Shown here: positions 9,062 through 18,965 of the stretch, piece by piece
Layout of the letters: the number at the start of each line of letters is the position of its first letter
Position numbering within the stretch: the stretch's first letter is position 1
Assembly: GCA_027063505.1 (NCBI GenBank)
Contig: JAMORO010000064.1
Location: 4,343 to 68,342 of the forward strand
DNA: 64,000 bases
From: Sulfurimonas sp.
GTDB taxonomy: Bacteria > Campylobacterota > Campylobacteria > Campylobacterales > Sulfurimonadaceae
Reading direction: 5' to 3'
Position numbers and translations under genes: made by a program
Notes under the pieces: model-generated
Seen by the model: only the letters and a program-made list of their open reading frames with translations
What the model was told of the DNA's origin: nothing
Databases searched by the model: none

Positions 9062-9853
9062 ATGATTTTAGATGACATAATTAAAAAAACAAAAGAAGAT
9101 TTAGTAAAACGTGAAAAAGAGTTTTCACTTGATTGGTTAGGACGTTCGTTAGCATTTAATGCAAGAGTTCCTCGGGATGTTTTTCCATTTTTACAGGCAA
9201 CAGAAGAGGATCCTTATAGAATTATATCTGAGGTGAAAAAAGCTTCTCCATCAAAGGGTGTTATTCGGGAAGATTTTGATCCACTTGCTATTGCTCAAGC
9301 TTATGAAAGAGGGGGTGCAAGTGCCATCTCTATTCTTACTGAGCCACATTTTTTTCAAGGAAATTTGGAGTATCTTGGTGGTATTCGTCGTTATGTGGGT
9401 GTACCTCTTCTTCGAAAAGATTTTATAGTTTCAAAGTATCAAGTTTTAGAGGCTTTGGTTCATGGTGCTGATTTTATTTTACTTATTGCTGCTGCACTCT
9501 CAAAAGCTGAATTAAAAGATCTGCTTAATTACACACGTCATTTAGGTATGGAAGCACTTGTTGAGGTTCACGATAAAACTGACCTTACAAAAGCGATCTA
9601 TGCAGGGAGTGATATCATAGGTATTAATCATAGAAATCTTCAAACATTTGAGATGAATATGAACTTATGTTATGAACTTATTCCTTTAATTCCTAATGGA
9701 AAAATTATTGTAGCAGAGAGTGGTATTTATGAGCATGGACAGTTAGAAGATTTAAGTAAGGCTGGTGTTGATGCCTTCTTAGTAGGTGAGTCTCTTATGC
9801 GAACAGATAATGAAGAAGAAGCTCTCAGATTATTAAAAAATGGAGTAGCATAA
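9062..9853 (+). CDS. trpC: Indole-3-glycerol phosphate synthase
   Basis: [45 protein letters not shown]. Confidence 0.97.
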   Translation: MILDDIIKKTKEDLVKREKEFSLDWLGRSLAFNARVPRDVFPFLQATEEDPYRIISEVKKASPSKGVIREDFDPLAIAQAYERGGASAISILTEPHFFQGNLEYLGGIRRYVGVPLLRKDFIVSKYQVLEALVHGADFILLIAAALSKAELKDLLNYTRHLGMEALVEVHDKTDLTKAIYAGSDIIGINHRNLQTFEMNMNLCYELIPLIPNGKIIVAESGIYEHGQLEDLSKAGVDAFLVGESLMRTDNEEEALRLLKNGVA

Positions 9854-10200
9854 TGAAAAAAATAATTACATTAGCGATAGTTACATCAATAGTGCTCTTT
9901 ACTGCATGTACACAAGAGACACAAAATAAAATAGGTCGTAGTATTCAAAACTGGACAGGTACGAATGGTGTTTTAGATATCTATATGGGTGAAAAACTAG
10001 TACAGCGTTATATTAAGATAGATAAACTTTCAACTGCTGTTGCAACAGATGGTTCAGGTATTTCTCGCAACTATCGATATGCTTATGGATACCTCGATCT
10101 AAATCAAAATTATAAAGTTGATGAGGGTGAAAAAAAGCTCTATTTTGAAGTAAGTAACTTTTCAACTTCATATATCTTTTATGATAATCCAGGAAAGTAA
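9853..10200 (+). CDS. Hypothetical lipoprotein
   Basis: Signal peptide with lipobox LFTAC; TAATG coupling to trpC. Confidence 0.75.
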   Translation: MKKIITLAIVTSIVLFTACTQETQNKIGRSIQNWTGTNGVLDIYMGEKLVQRYIKIDKLSTAVATDGSGISRNYRYAYGYLDLNQNYKVDEGEKKLYFEVSNFSTSYIFYDNPGK

Positions 10201-10202
10201 AT

Positions 10203-11303
10203 ATGGATGTTGTAGAGCTTTTTAAACATTTTGTAAATACAAAAAGTGAAACACCCGATGATGGTGGGTTACTGGATTTTATTGAAGAGTATCTTGAAGG
10301 CTTTGATGCAGTTCGTGTAGATGTTGCAGATGTAAAAAATCTCTTTATATATAAAAAGTTTGGAGAGGGTGAACATCTCTGTTTTGCTGGGCATGTAGAT
10401 GTAGTTCCTGCTGGTAATAATTGGGATACGAACCCTTATGAAGCGGTAGAAAAAGATGGCTATATTTATGGTCGTGGTACACAAGATATGAAGAGTGGTC
10501 TTGCTGCCTTTACTCAGGCTGTAAAAGAGACAGAAGAGTTCAAAGGAACACTCTCTCTTCTACTTACTTCTGATGAAGAGGGTGAAGCTATAAACGGAAC
10601 TGTAAAAGTTCTAGAATTTTTAGAGAACAACGATATGCTTCCTGATGCTTGTGTTGTTGCAGAACCTACTTGTGAAGAGAGATTTGGTGATGCTATAAAA
10701 GTGGGGCGTCGAGGATCCATAAATGGCTACCTTACACTCAAAGGAAAACAGGGGCATGCAGCGTATCCTGAAAAGGCTATAAACCCTATCCATAATATTT
10801 CAAAAATTTTAGGGAATATGGCCGGTGTTGATTTAGATAATGGTGATGAGTTTTTTGCTCCAAGTAAGTTTGTAGTAACAGATATTCGTTCGGGTATGCA
10901 GGTGACAAATGTAACACCAAATGATTTAGAGATGATGTTTAATGTACGAAACAATACTAAAACAACACAAAAAGAGATACTTGCATTTGTAGCGAAGCAT
11001 TTTGAAGGTTTAGAGTATGAGTTACGTTTAACACAGGGCTCTTACCCTTTTAAAACAGATACAGATACAAAGCTTGTAAAGCATATAGATAGTGCTATAG
11101 AGTCTGTTACGGGACTCAAACCAAAACACTCAACTGCCGGTGGTACAAGTGATGCTCGTTTTATTGCACCTATGGGTGTGAATGTAATAGAGTTTGGTGT
11201 TCGCAATGACACTATTCACTCTGTGAATGAACGAACAACAAGAGCAGAGGTGGAAGCACTCTATAGCATTTTTAAAAAATTGATTGAAGCATGGGAGAAA
11301 TAA
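10203..11303 (+). CDS. dapE: Succinyl-diaminopimelate desuccinylase
   Basis: FAGHVDVVP, GRGTQDMK, SDEEG, GRRGS, GHAAYP, GGTSDARF. Confidence 0.96.
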   Translation: MDVVELFKHFVNTKSETPDDGGLLDFIEEYLEGFDAVRVDVADVKNLFIYKKFGEGEHLCFAGHVDVVPAGNNWDTNPYEAVEKDGYIYGRGTQDMKSGLAAFTQAVKETEEFKGTLSLLLTSDEEGEAINGTVKVLEFLENNDMLPDACVVAEPTCEERFGDAIKVGRRGSINGYLTLKGKQGHAAYPEKAINPIHNISKILGNMAGVDLDNGDEFFAPSKFVVTDIRSGMQVTNVTPNDLEMMFNVRNNTKTTQKEILAFVAKHFEGLEYELRLTQGSYPFKTDTDTKLVKHIDSAIESVTGLKPKHSTAGGTSDARFIAPMGVNVIEFGVRNDTIHSVNERTTRAEVEALYSIFKKLIEAWEK

Positions 11304-11704
11304 TGAGATACATAATTAGTTTATTTATTGTAACAACAGCACTTTTTAGTATGGATTTAGGTTGGTCAGATGATTATAAGCAAACACTTAAAAATGCACA
11401 AAAGAGTGGTAAGTTAGTTTATGTACTCATCACTTCTGATAACTGTAAATGGTGTAGAAAATTTGAAAAGACAACACTTCAAGATAAAGAGATTCAAAAA
11501 AGATTATATTCAGAGTTTGAGGTAGTACATCTCTCACGTGAGCGAGACTTTATTCCTGAAAATTTTGAAACAGCACCGATTCCTAGACACTATTTCGTTG
11601 ATGCAAAGGGAACTATACTCTATAACTCTCTTGGGCATCGCGGATTGGAGTGTTTTGATGCGTTTATGGATAATGCGCAAGACAAGTTAGAAGTAAGTCA
11701 ATAA
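11303..11704 (+). CDS. Exported thioredoxin-fold protein (CxxC)
   Basis: Signal peptide and CKWC motif. Start moved to the ATG at 11303 (TAATG overlap with dapE). Confidence 0.8.
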   Translation: MRYIISLFIVTTALFSMDLGWSDDYKQTLKNAQKSGKLVYVLITSDNCKWCRKFEKTTLQDKEIQKRLYSEFEVVHLSRERDFIPENFETAPIPRHYFVDAKGTILYNSLGHRGLECFDAFMDNAQDKLEVSQ

Positions 11705-11719
11705 TAAAGGAGATAAAAG

Positions 11720-12100
11720 ATGAAATTTGTACAGACAGAAGATGCACCTTCAGCTATAGGACCATACTCTCAAGCAGTAGTAGTAAATGGTATGGTATAT
11801 ACATCGGGTCAAATTGCTTTAACACCAGAAGGTGGAGATGAGCTTTTAAGTGAGGATGTAGTTGTTCAAGCAGTACGTGTAATGAAAAACCTTGAGGCTG
11901 TATTAAAAGCCTCAGGAAGCTCGCTAGAGAGTGTTATAAAGACAACAATATTTCTAGCAGACATGAATGACTTTGCAACTGTAAATGAAATATATGCTGA
12001 ATCATTCGGTTCTCATAAGCCTGTTCGTTCAACTGTAGCAGTAAAAACATTACCTAAAAATGCACTAGTAGAGATAGATGCTATCGCTTTAGTTAAGTAA
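11720..12100 (+). CDS. ridA: RidA/YjgF family enamine/imine deaminase
   Basis: APSAIGPYSQA, SGQI, RSTVAV..LPKNALVEIDAIA. Confidence 0.92.
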   Translation: MKFVQTEDAPSAIGPYSQAVVVNGMVYTSGQIALTPEGGDELLSEDVVVQAVRVMKNLEAVLKASGSSLESVIKTTIFLADMNDFATVNEIYAESFGSHKPVRSTVAVKTLPKNALVEIDAIALVK

Positions 12101-12127
12101 TTAAACAAAACTTAAAGCTAAGTTGGA

Positions 12128-12133
12128 TATAAT
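12128..12133 (+). promoter_or_regulatory. Sigma70 -10 box upstream of rplU
   Basis: TATAAT 44 bp before the ATG; AAGGA ribosome-binding site downstream. Confidence 0.6.
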
Positions 12134-12176
12134 TCCGAACTTTTTGTAGAAATACATACATATTTAAGGACCGTAG

Positions 12177-12485
12177 ATGTACGCAATAATTAAAAATGGT
12201 GGTAAGCAGTATAAAGTAACAGAGGGTGATGAATTATCACTTGATAAAATGTCACTTGAAGCTGGTACTACTTTAGAAATCAAAGAAGTTTTAGCAGTTA
12301 ACGCTGGTGAGCTTAAAATGGGAGCTCCTTTTGTTGAAGGCGCTGTAGTTACTGCTGAAGTTATCAGAGAAGGCCGTGATAGAAAAGTTATTACTTTCAA
12401 AAAACGTCGTCGTAAAGATAGTAAAGTTAAACGTGGTTTCAGAAGAGACTTCACTCGTGTTCGTATCACGAAAATAGCTGCATAA
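12177..12485 (+). CDS. rplU: 50S ribosomal protein L21
   Basis: [14 protein letters not shown]; [20 protein letters not shown]. Confidence 0.98.
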   Translation: MYAIIKNGGKQYKVTEGDELSLDKMSLEAGTTLEIKEVLAVNAGELKMGAPFVEGAVVTAEVIREGRDRKVITFKKRRRKDSKVKRGFRRDFTRVRITKIAA

Positions 12486-12510
12486 GCTAATATAACTCAA
12501 GGAGCATAGT

Positions 12511-12768
12511 ATGGCACATAAGAAAGGACAGGGTAGTACACAGAATAATCGTGACTCAGCTGGTAGAAGACTTGGTGTGAAGAAATATGGTGGAGAATCA
12601 GTAATCGCTGGTAACATCATTATTCGTCAACGTGGAACTAAAGTTCACCCAGGTAAAAATATGGGTATGGGTAAAGATCATACTTTATACGCTTTAGTTG
12701 ATGGTGTTGTTGCATTCGAAAGAAAAGACAAAAAGCGTCAACAAGTTTCAATTATACCTGCAGTATAA
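12511..12768 (+). CDS. rpmA: 50S ribosomal protein L27
   Basis: [24 protein letters not shown]. Confidence 0.98.
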   Translation: MAHKKGQGSTQNNRDSAGRRLGVKKYGGESVIAGNIIIRQRGTKVHPGKNMGMGKDHTLYALVDGVVAFERKDKKRQQVSIIPAV

Positions 12769-12776
12769 CTCTACAT

Positions 12777-12801
12777 TATTTGGACTTCGGTCCAGATATT
12801 T
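12777..12801 (+). terminator. Probable intrinsic terminator after rpmA with a cUUCGg tetraloop
   Basis: TATT-TGGAC-TTCG-GTCCA-GATA stem followed by TTT and a pyrimidine-rich tract. Confidence 0.7.
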
Positions 12802-12816
12802 CACTTCACTTTAATA

Positions 12817-12836
12817 TATTAGGTTTAAACCTAATA
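12817..12836. repeat. 20-bp perfect palindrome TATTAGGTTTAAACCTAATA
   Basis: Self-complementary over 20 bp, checked by hand; lies between rpmA and obgE. Confidence 0.85.
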
Positions 12837-12918
12837 ATAACTTCAAAAATTTAACAATTTACTTTTTATTGTCAGAGAGTGAGTTTTTAAGTTTTTATAA
12901 TAAATACTAGGAGATCAT

Positions 12919-14019
12919 TTGTTTACAGATAGCGTAGAATTAACAGTTTCATCAGGAAAGGGTGGACAAGGGTGTGTAGCATTTCGTCGTGAAAAATTTG
13001 TACTCAATGGTGGTCCAAATGGTGGTGATGGTGGAAAAGGTGGTGACATCTATTTTAAGTGTGATAATAACACGCATACACTTTCTCATTTTCAGAGAAA
13101 GATGCATATTAAAGCTGATGGTGGAAAACCAGGAGAGGGTAGAAACTGTAGTGGAAAATCTGGAAGTAAAAAAGTCATTATAGTTCCACCTGGAACTCAA
13201 ATTATTGATATGGAAACAGGTGATATCCTTTTTGATATGACTACTGATGGCCAAGAGGAAAAATTTCTTCAGGGTGGTAAAGGTGGACTTGGAAATACTC
13301 ACTTTAAGTCACCAACAAATCAACGTCCAACCTATGCACAACCAGGGGAAAAAGGTGAGACTAGAGCTATTAAGCTTGATCTTAAACTTATCGCAGATAT
13401 AGGTTTAGTTGGTTTTCCAAATGTTGGAAAGTCTACACTTATCTCAACTGTTTCAAATGCGAGACCAGAGATAGCAAACTATGAGTTTACAACACTAACG
13501 CCTAAGCTTGGTCAAGTAAATATTGGAGATTATGAATCATTTGTAATGGCTGATATTCCTGGAATTATCGGTGGTGCTCATGAGGGTAAAGGTCTTGGTA
13601 TTAAATTTTTACGTCATATCGAGCGTACAAAGATTCTTCTTTATATGGTGGATTTAGGAAACTATAGAGACCTTAAAGAGCAGATAGAAGTTTTAAAAGA
13701 TGAAATAGCTTCTTTCTCAGAAGTATTGGGTTCTAGTAAGTTTGCTATCGCTCTTACTCGTTCAGATGTAATTGCTCCAGATGAGTTACCCGAATTAGTA
13801 AATGGTTTTATAGAGATGCTTGGACTAAAAGCAACTTATAATAATGAGTTTGACTTTGATGCTAAACTCCCTTTTTACATTCAAGAGAGTGCTGATAAAG
13901 AGTTAGGGTTTGATGAAACACTGCCATACTTAATCGCACCAATCTCTTCAGCAACACATAAAAATATTGATCCACTGAAGCATGCACTCTTTAACTTAGT
14001 ACAGTCTGATAGAAAGTAG
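12919..14019 (+). CDS. obgE: GTPase ObgE/CgtA
   Basis: TTG start with GGAG ribosome-binding site; [35 protein letters not shown]. Confidence 0.97.
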   Translation: MFTDSVELTVSSGKGGQGCVAFRREKFVLNGGPNGGDGGKGGDIYFKCDNNTHTLSHFQRKMHIKADGGKPGEGRNCSGKSGSKKVIIVPPGTQIIDMETGDILFDMTTDGQEEKFLQGGKGGLGNTHFKSPTNQRPTYAQPGEKGETRAIKLDLKLIADIGLVGFPNVGKSTLISTVSNARPEIANYEFTTLTPKLGQVNIGDYESFVMADIPGIIGGAHEGKGLGIKFLRHIERTKILLYMVDLGNYRDLKEQIEVLKDEIASFSEVLGSSKFAIALTRSDVIAPDELPELVNGFIEMLGLKATYNNEFDFDAKLPFYIQESADKELGFDETLPYLIAPISSATHKNIDPLKHALFNLVQSDRK

Positions 14020-14024
14020 TAAAA

Positions 14025-14789
14025 ATGAGTAGAATTGTAGTTAAAGTTGGTAGTGCAGTTTTAACACAAGATGGAGCTATTGCACTAGAAAGAATGCAAA
14101 CTCTTGTTACTTTTTTAAGTGAACTCAAAAAAGAGAATGAAGTAATACTTGTATCTTCAGGTGCTGTTTCAGCTGGTTATACAGAACTACAACTCGACAG
14201 AAATATCATCAGAAACAAACAAGCATTAGCCTCAATAGGGCAACCAATACTTATGAACAAGTACGCGAAAAAGTTTGCAATGTATAATCTTTTATGTTCT
14301 CAAGTTTTAGTGACTTCTGCAAATCTTAGTAAAAAAGATGATATTGAAAGAATTCGTAACACTATAGAAGTTCTTATAGATAATAGTGTAATTCCAATCG
14401 TAAATGAAAACGATGCTACTTCTACTGATGAGTTAGAAGTAGGGGATAATGACCAACTCTCAGCATATATAGCTAAACATATAAATGCAGACCTTCTTAT
14501 TATACTCTCAGATATTGATGCTTATTATGATGCAGATCCAAGAGAAGATAGTAATGCTCAAGTTTTAAAAATAGTGCATACGATAAGTAAAGAAGAACTC
14601 TCTAAAGAAGCAACACCAAATAATGTTTTTGCAACAGGTGGTATTGTTACAAAGCTTAAAGCTGCTTCATATTTACTAGAGGCAAATATAGATATGTTTT
14701 TAGCAAGTGGATTTGATTTGAGTGATGCTAAAAGTTTTACATTAGAAAAAACTCATAAGGGTGGAACACTCTTTACTAAAGGAAAATAA
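14025..14789 (+). CDS. proB: Glutamate 5-kinase (no PUA domain)
   Basis: RIVVKVGS, VSSGAV, NENDA, GDNDQL, TGGIVTKLKAA. Confidence 0.95.
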   Translation: MSRIVVKVGSAVLTQDGAIALERMQTLVTFLSELKKENEVILVSSGAVSAGYTELQLDRNIIRNKQALASIGQPILMNKYAKKFAMYNLLCSQVLVTSANLSKKDDIERIRNTIEVLIDNSVIPIVNENDATSTDELEVGDNDQLSAYIAKHINADLLIILSDIDAYYDADPREDSNAQVLKIVHTISKEELSKEATPNNVFATGGIVTKLKAASYLLEANIDMFLASGFDLSDAKSFTLEKTHKGGTLFTKGK

Positions 14790-15697
14790 TGAAAGTTATT
14801 TTTATGGGAACACCTGATTATGCACAGAAGATTTTAGAAAGACTCATATCTGAGTCAGGTATTGATGTTGTAGCTGTATACACACAACCTGATAAACCTG
14901 TTGGTCGTAAAAAAATTATGACTGCTCCAGAAGTTAAAGTTCTCGCTGAAACTAAAAATATAGCAGTATATCAACCAACAAGACTTCGTGATGAAGAGAC
15001 AGTAAAAGAACTTTTAAAAATAGAGTGTGATTATATAGTTGTAGCTGCATATGGTCAAATACTGCCTCGTGCTATTTTAGATCATGCACCATGTATAAAT
15101 CTTCATGCTTCAATACTACCACAATATCGAGGTGCAAGCCCGATTCAACAGACACTTTTAAATGATGATAAAGTTACGGGTGTTACAGCTATGCTTATGG
15201 AAGAGGGATTAGATACAGGTGACATACTTAAAATAGATACAATTGATGTTCCTAAAGATATGATGGTATCTACTCTTTTTGATGCTCTTACAGAGATAGC
15301 AAGCTCTTTAACAGTAGATGTTTTACAAAATTTTGAAAAATACACACCTGTAAAACAAAATGATGCAGAGTCTACACACTGTAAAAAGATAATGAAACAA
15401 GATGGATTAGTTAAATTTGATGATGCCCACACTCTTTACAGTAAGTATCGTGCATTTACTCCTTGGCCTGGGATATATTTAGAGAGTGGTCTGAAGTTGA
15501 AAAAAATAGAATTGATAGAGAAGTGTGCTTTAGGCAAGAGTGGTTCTATTTTAGAGATAAATACAGATAATATTTTAGTCGCTTGTTCTAAGGGTGTTAT
15601 TAAAATTTATACTGTGCAACCACAATCAAAGAAAGAGATGAGTGTTATAGCTTATATAAATGGAAAAAGATTAGTACTTGAAGACACTTTTCTTTAA
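14789..15697 (+). CDS. fmt: Methionyl-tRNA formyltransferase
   Basis: IFMGTPDYA, QPDKPVGR, INLHASILPQYRGASPIQ. Confidence 0.97.
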   Translation: MKVIFMGTPDYAQKILERLISESGIDVVAVYTQPDKPVGRKKIMTAPEVKVLAETKNIAVYQPTRLRDEETVKELLKIECDYIVVAAYGQILPRAILDHAPCINLHASILPQYRGASPIQQTLLNDDKVTGVTAMLMEEGLDTGDILKIDTIDVPKDMMVSTLFDALTEIASSLTVDVLQNFEKYTPVKQNDAESTHCKKIMKQDGLVKFDDAHTLYSKYRAFTPWPGIYLESGLKLKKIELIEKCALGKSGSILEINTDNILVACSKGVIKIYTVQPQSKKEMSVIAYINGKRLVLEDTFL

Positions 15698-16313
15698 GAG
15701 TCTCCCCTCAACACAAATATACCTAAGAGATCTGCTTAAAGCTAAGGAGCAAGAACTCCCTCTAGCTATAGTAGCAGATATACAGACAAAAGGGATAGGA
15801 AGTCGTGATAATCGTTGGATATCAAAAGAGGGAAATCTTTTTTTATCTTTTGCTATAAAACTTGAAAAACTTCCCAAAGATTTAAAACTAGAGTCTGCTT
15901 CTATATATTTTTCATATATATTAAAAGAGACACTCGAAGAGTTTGGTTCAAAAGTTTTTGTAAAGTGGCCAAATGATCTCTATGTTGGTGAGAGTAAAAT
16001 TGGTGGTATGATTACAAATATTGTTGGAGAGTCTCTTATCTGTGGTGTTGGTATCAACATACAAAAGGGAGATAGTATATTTGGAAGTTTAGATATAGAT
16101 ATTGATAAAAAAACTCTCTTAGAAAAATATTTTATAAATATTGAAAAAGTGTGTTTATGGAAGCAAGTTTTTAGTAAATATAAGCTAAACTTTCAGACTA
16201 ATCAAAAATTCTTTACACATATAAATGGCGAAAAAGTTTCACTGAGTGAAGCAGTACTTGAAGATGATGGAAGTTTAAATATAAATGGGCAAAAGGTGTA
16301 TAGTTTAAGATGA
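15678..16313 (+). CDS. birA: Biotin-protein ligase (class I, no HTH)
   Basis: QTKGIGSRDNRW, VKWPNDL, KIGG, GVGIN. TTG start. Confidence 0.92.
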   Translation: MKTLFFKSLPSTQIYLRDLLKAKEQELPLAIVADIQTKGIGSRDNRWISKEGNLFLSFAIKLEKLPKDLKLESASIYFSYILKETLEEFGSKVFVKWPNDLYVGESKIGGMITNIVGESLICGVGINIQKGDSIFGSLDIDIDKKTLLEKYFINIEKVCLWKQVFSKYKLNFQTNQKFFTHINGEKVSLSEAVLEDDGSLNINGQKVYSLR

Positions 16314-17092
16314 GTGAAGTAATCGTAATTGCAAATCAAAAAGGTGGTGTAGGTAAGACTACTACTGCCGTAAACTTAGCAGCCTCTCTTGCCGTGGCAG
16401 AAAAAAAAGTTCTTTTAATAGACTCAGATCCACAAGCAAATGCAACTACCTCTTTAGGGTTTCATCGAAATGACTATGAATTTAATATTTATCATGTCCT
16501 TATTGGGACTAAAAAACTTAAAGATATTATTTTAAAATCAGATTTACCAACACTTCACCTAGCTCCATCAAATATAGGTCTAGTTGGAATAGAAAAAGAG
16601 TATTATGATGCAGATAAGGCTAAAGGACGAGAGCTTGTTCTTAAAAACGCTATTGCAAATGTCAAGAAAGATTATGATTATATTATAATTGACTCTCCAC
16701 CTGCACTTGGTCCCATGACTATTAATGCACTTTCAGCATCAAACTCTGTTATTATTCCTATTCAGTGTGAATTTTTTGCACTTGAGGGTCTTGCACAACT
16801 TTTAAACACAGTTAAGTTAGTACGAAAATCAATAAATACAAAACTCACTATTAAAGGTTTTTTACCAACAATGTTTAGTTCTCAGAATAATCTTTCAAAA
16901 CAAGTATTCGCAGATCTAAAACAACACTTTAAGGGAAAACTTTTTAAAGATGAAAAAAATAAATACATTGTAGTTCCTAGAAATGTAAAGTTAGCAGAAT
17001 CTCCATCTTTTGGAAAACCAGCCATATTGTATGATGTAAAATCAAGCGGTTCTATCGCGTATCAAAATTTAGCACAGGCAATTATAAGATAA
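16310..17092 (+). CDS. parA: Chromosome partitioning ATPase ParA/Soj
   Basis: ANQKGGVGKTTT, DSDPQANAT, DSPPALG, PRNVKLAESPSFG; adjacent to parB. Confidence 0.96.
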   Translation: MSEVIVIANQKGGVGKTTTAVNLAASLAVAEKKVLLIDSDPQANATTSLGFHRNDYEFNIYHVLIGTKKLKDIILKSDLPTLHLAPSNIGLVGIEKEYYDADKAKGRELVLKNAIANVKKDYDYIIIDSPPALGPMTINALSASNSVIIPIQCEFFALEGLAQLLNTVKLVRKSINTKLTIKGFLPTMFSSQNNLSKQVFADLKQHFKGKLFKDEKNKYIVVPRNVKLAESPSFGKPAILYDVKSSGSIAYQNLAQAIIR

Positions 17093-17934
17093 TGAAGACA
17101 CAAAAATTAGGACGTGGTTTAGATGCACTACTGGGTGAAATAGATGAAGCTTATGAGAATGAAGGTTCACAACGTGATGAGATCTTAGAAATACCACTTA
17201 AAGAGATCCGTCCAAATCCTTTTCAACCAAGAAAATCATTTGATGAAGTATCACTATATGAGCTAGCTGAGTCAATCAAAAATGATGGCTTATTGCAGCC
17301 AATTGTCGTGACTGAAGATATTGATGGTTATGTTCTTATTGCAGGGGAGAGACGATTTCGTGCAAGTAAGATAGCAAAATTAAAAGAGATTCGTGCAATC
17401 GTTTTAAATTCTGATGAACAGAAGATGCGACAGTTTGCACTTATTGAGAATATACAACGAGAAGAGTTAAATGCTATAGAACTAGCAGAAGCCTATGGTG
17501 AGCTTATTAAAATTCATGAGTTTACACATGATGAATTGGCAAATATGATTCATAAAAGTCGTACAAATATTACAAATACTTTACGACTTCTTCAGCTTTC
17601 ATCTAAAACACAAAAAGCACTTTTAGAGAAAAAAATAACGGCTGGACATGCAAAAGTCTTAGTTGGACTTGATGATAAAGAACAGCAGCTTATGGTTAAT
17701 TCAATAATAGGTCAAAAATTAAGTGTTCGTGAAGTTGAAGCAATGATAAAATCGATGAAGTCTACAGAATCACTTCCAACGGTAAAGAAATCAGACTATT
17801 CATATAACTTTGATTCTATTAAAAATATATTTAGTAACTATGGAATAAAAATAAAAACAAGTAAAAAGTCTTTAACTTTAGAGTTTAATTCTCAAGAAGA
17901 GATAGAGAATTTTATGTCACATCTTAGAGCCTAA
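17092..17934 (+). CDS. parB: Chromosome partitioning protein ParB/Spo0J
   Basis: LGRGLDALL, PNPFQPRK, AGERRFRA, ENIQREEL. Confidence 0.96.
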   Translation: MKTQKLGRGLDALLGEIDEAYENEGSQRDEILEIPLKEIRPNPFQPRKSFDEVSLYELAESIKNDGLLQPIVVTEDIDGYVLIAGERRFRASKIAKLKEIRAIVLNSDEQKMRQFALIENIQREELNAIELAEAYGELIKIHEFTHDELANMIHKSRTNITNTLRLLQLSSKTQKALLEKKITAGHAKVLVGLDDKEQQLMVNSIIGQKLSVREVEAMIKSMKSTESLPTVKKSDYSYNFDSIKNIFSNYGIKIKTSKKSLTLEFNSQEEIENFMSHLRA

Positions 17935-17956
17935 ATTTAGAAATTTCTAAATTTAG
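17931..17956. repeat. 26-bp perfect palindrome CTAAATTTAG-AAATTT-CTAAATTTAG
   Basis: Two copies of the self-complementary 10-mer CTAAATTTAG around a self-complementary AAATTT; overlaps the parB stop codon. Confidence 0.9.
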
Positions 17957-17991
17957 CACTTCATTTAACTATCCTTTCAATTTAATAATAG

Positions 17992-17997
17992 TATAAT
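17992..17997 (+). promoter_or_regulatory. Sigma70 -10 box of the atp operon
   Basis: TATAAT, followed by AGGAGG at 18010-18015. Confidence 0.6.
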
Positions 17998-18019
17998 CTC
18001 GCAACTTTTAGGAGGTGCT

Positions 18020-18442
18020 ATGTTAGATATAAACCCGATACTACTTTTGGTTACATTTGTTGTATTTGTTTCGCTTATAGCCGTTCTAAATAGTTGGCTT
18101 TATAATCCTTTATTCGCTTACATGAATGATCGTGATGCAGACATCAAGAAGAACCTAGATAAGGTGAACTCAAATGATGATGAAATTAACGAACTTACAG
18201 AAAAAGCAGATAAAATTATTATGAATGCTAAACTAGAAGCTGCGGCCCTAAGAGAAAAAGTTATTGCGGATGCTAAGGAATTAGCCGAAAGTAAGTTAGA
18301 AGCAAAACGTGCTGAACTTGCTAGTGAATATTTAGAGTTTGAGCAATCTCTTGCGAAATCTCAAGATGAGTTGACTACTGACTTAATGTCACAAGTTCCA
18401 GTATTTAAAGAAGCTGTAAAAGCTAAATTTAGTCAAATATAA
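18020..18442 (+). CDS. atpF': F0F1 ATP synthase subunit b'
   Basis: N-terminal transmembrane span, LYNPL..YM..RD, coiled coil; first gene of the atp cluster. Confidence 0.88.
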   Translation: MLDINPILLLVTFVVFVSLIAVLNSWLYNPLFAYMNDRDADIKKNLDKVNSNDDEINELTEKADKIIMNAKLEAAALREKVIADAKELAESKLEAKRAELASEYLEFEQSLAKSQDELTTDLMSQVPVFKEAVKAKFSQI

Positions 18443-18451
18443 GGGTGTAAT

Positions 18452-18964
18452 GTGAGTAGAATTTTAGTATTAATGCTAATGATATCAACTTATGCATTTG
18501 CATCTGAAGCTGGGCATGGTGAGACTGATATCGTACAACGTACGGTTAACTTCTTGCTTTTTGCTGGGCTTGTTTGGTATCTAGTTGGGGAGCCTGCAAA
18601 GAATTACTTTGCTTCACGCAGTCAAGCAATTGCTGATGAATTTAAGAAGGCTCAAGATAGACTTGATGAATCAATTGCTCTAAAAGAGACAGCACTAGCT
18701 AAGATCTCTGCTGCAGAAAAATTTGCAGAAGAGTTAGTTGTTACATCAAAGAAAGAGAATAAGATTATTAATGACAACATTATGTCACAATGTGAATTGG
18801 ACTTAGAAACATTAGTGAAGCAAGTCTCTACTGGTAGAGAGTATGCACAACGTAAAATGGTTCGTACTGTTGTTGAAAATGTAATCAAAGAGACACTTGC
18901 TCAAAGTTCTGGTGACTTTGACAAAGAAGCTATGGCTAATGTTATTTTGAAAAAGGTTGCTTAA
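18452..18964 (+). CDS. atpF: F0F1 ATP synthase subunit b
   Basis: DIVQRTVNFLLF transmembrane span plus coiled coil. GTG start. Confidence 0.88.
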   Translation: MSRILVLMLMISTYAFASEAGHGETDIVQRTVNFLLFAGLVWYLVGEPAKNYFASRSQAIADEFKKAQDRLDESIALKETALAKISAAEKFAEELVVTSKKENKIINDNIMSQCELDLETLVKQVSTGREYAQRKMVRTVVENVIKETLAQSSGDFDKEAMANVILKKVA

Positions 18965-18965
18965 C

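Noticed and set aside
16310-18019. Canonical parS site near parAB
   Set aside because: I saw no TGTTTCACGTGAAACA-like sequence; the 26-bp palindrome is reported separately.
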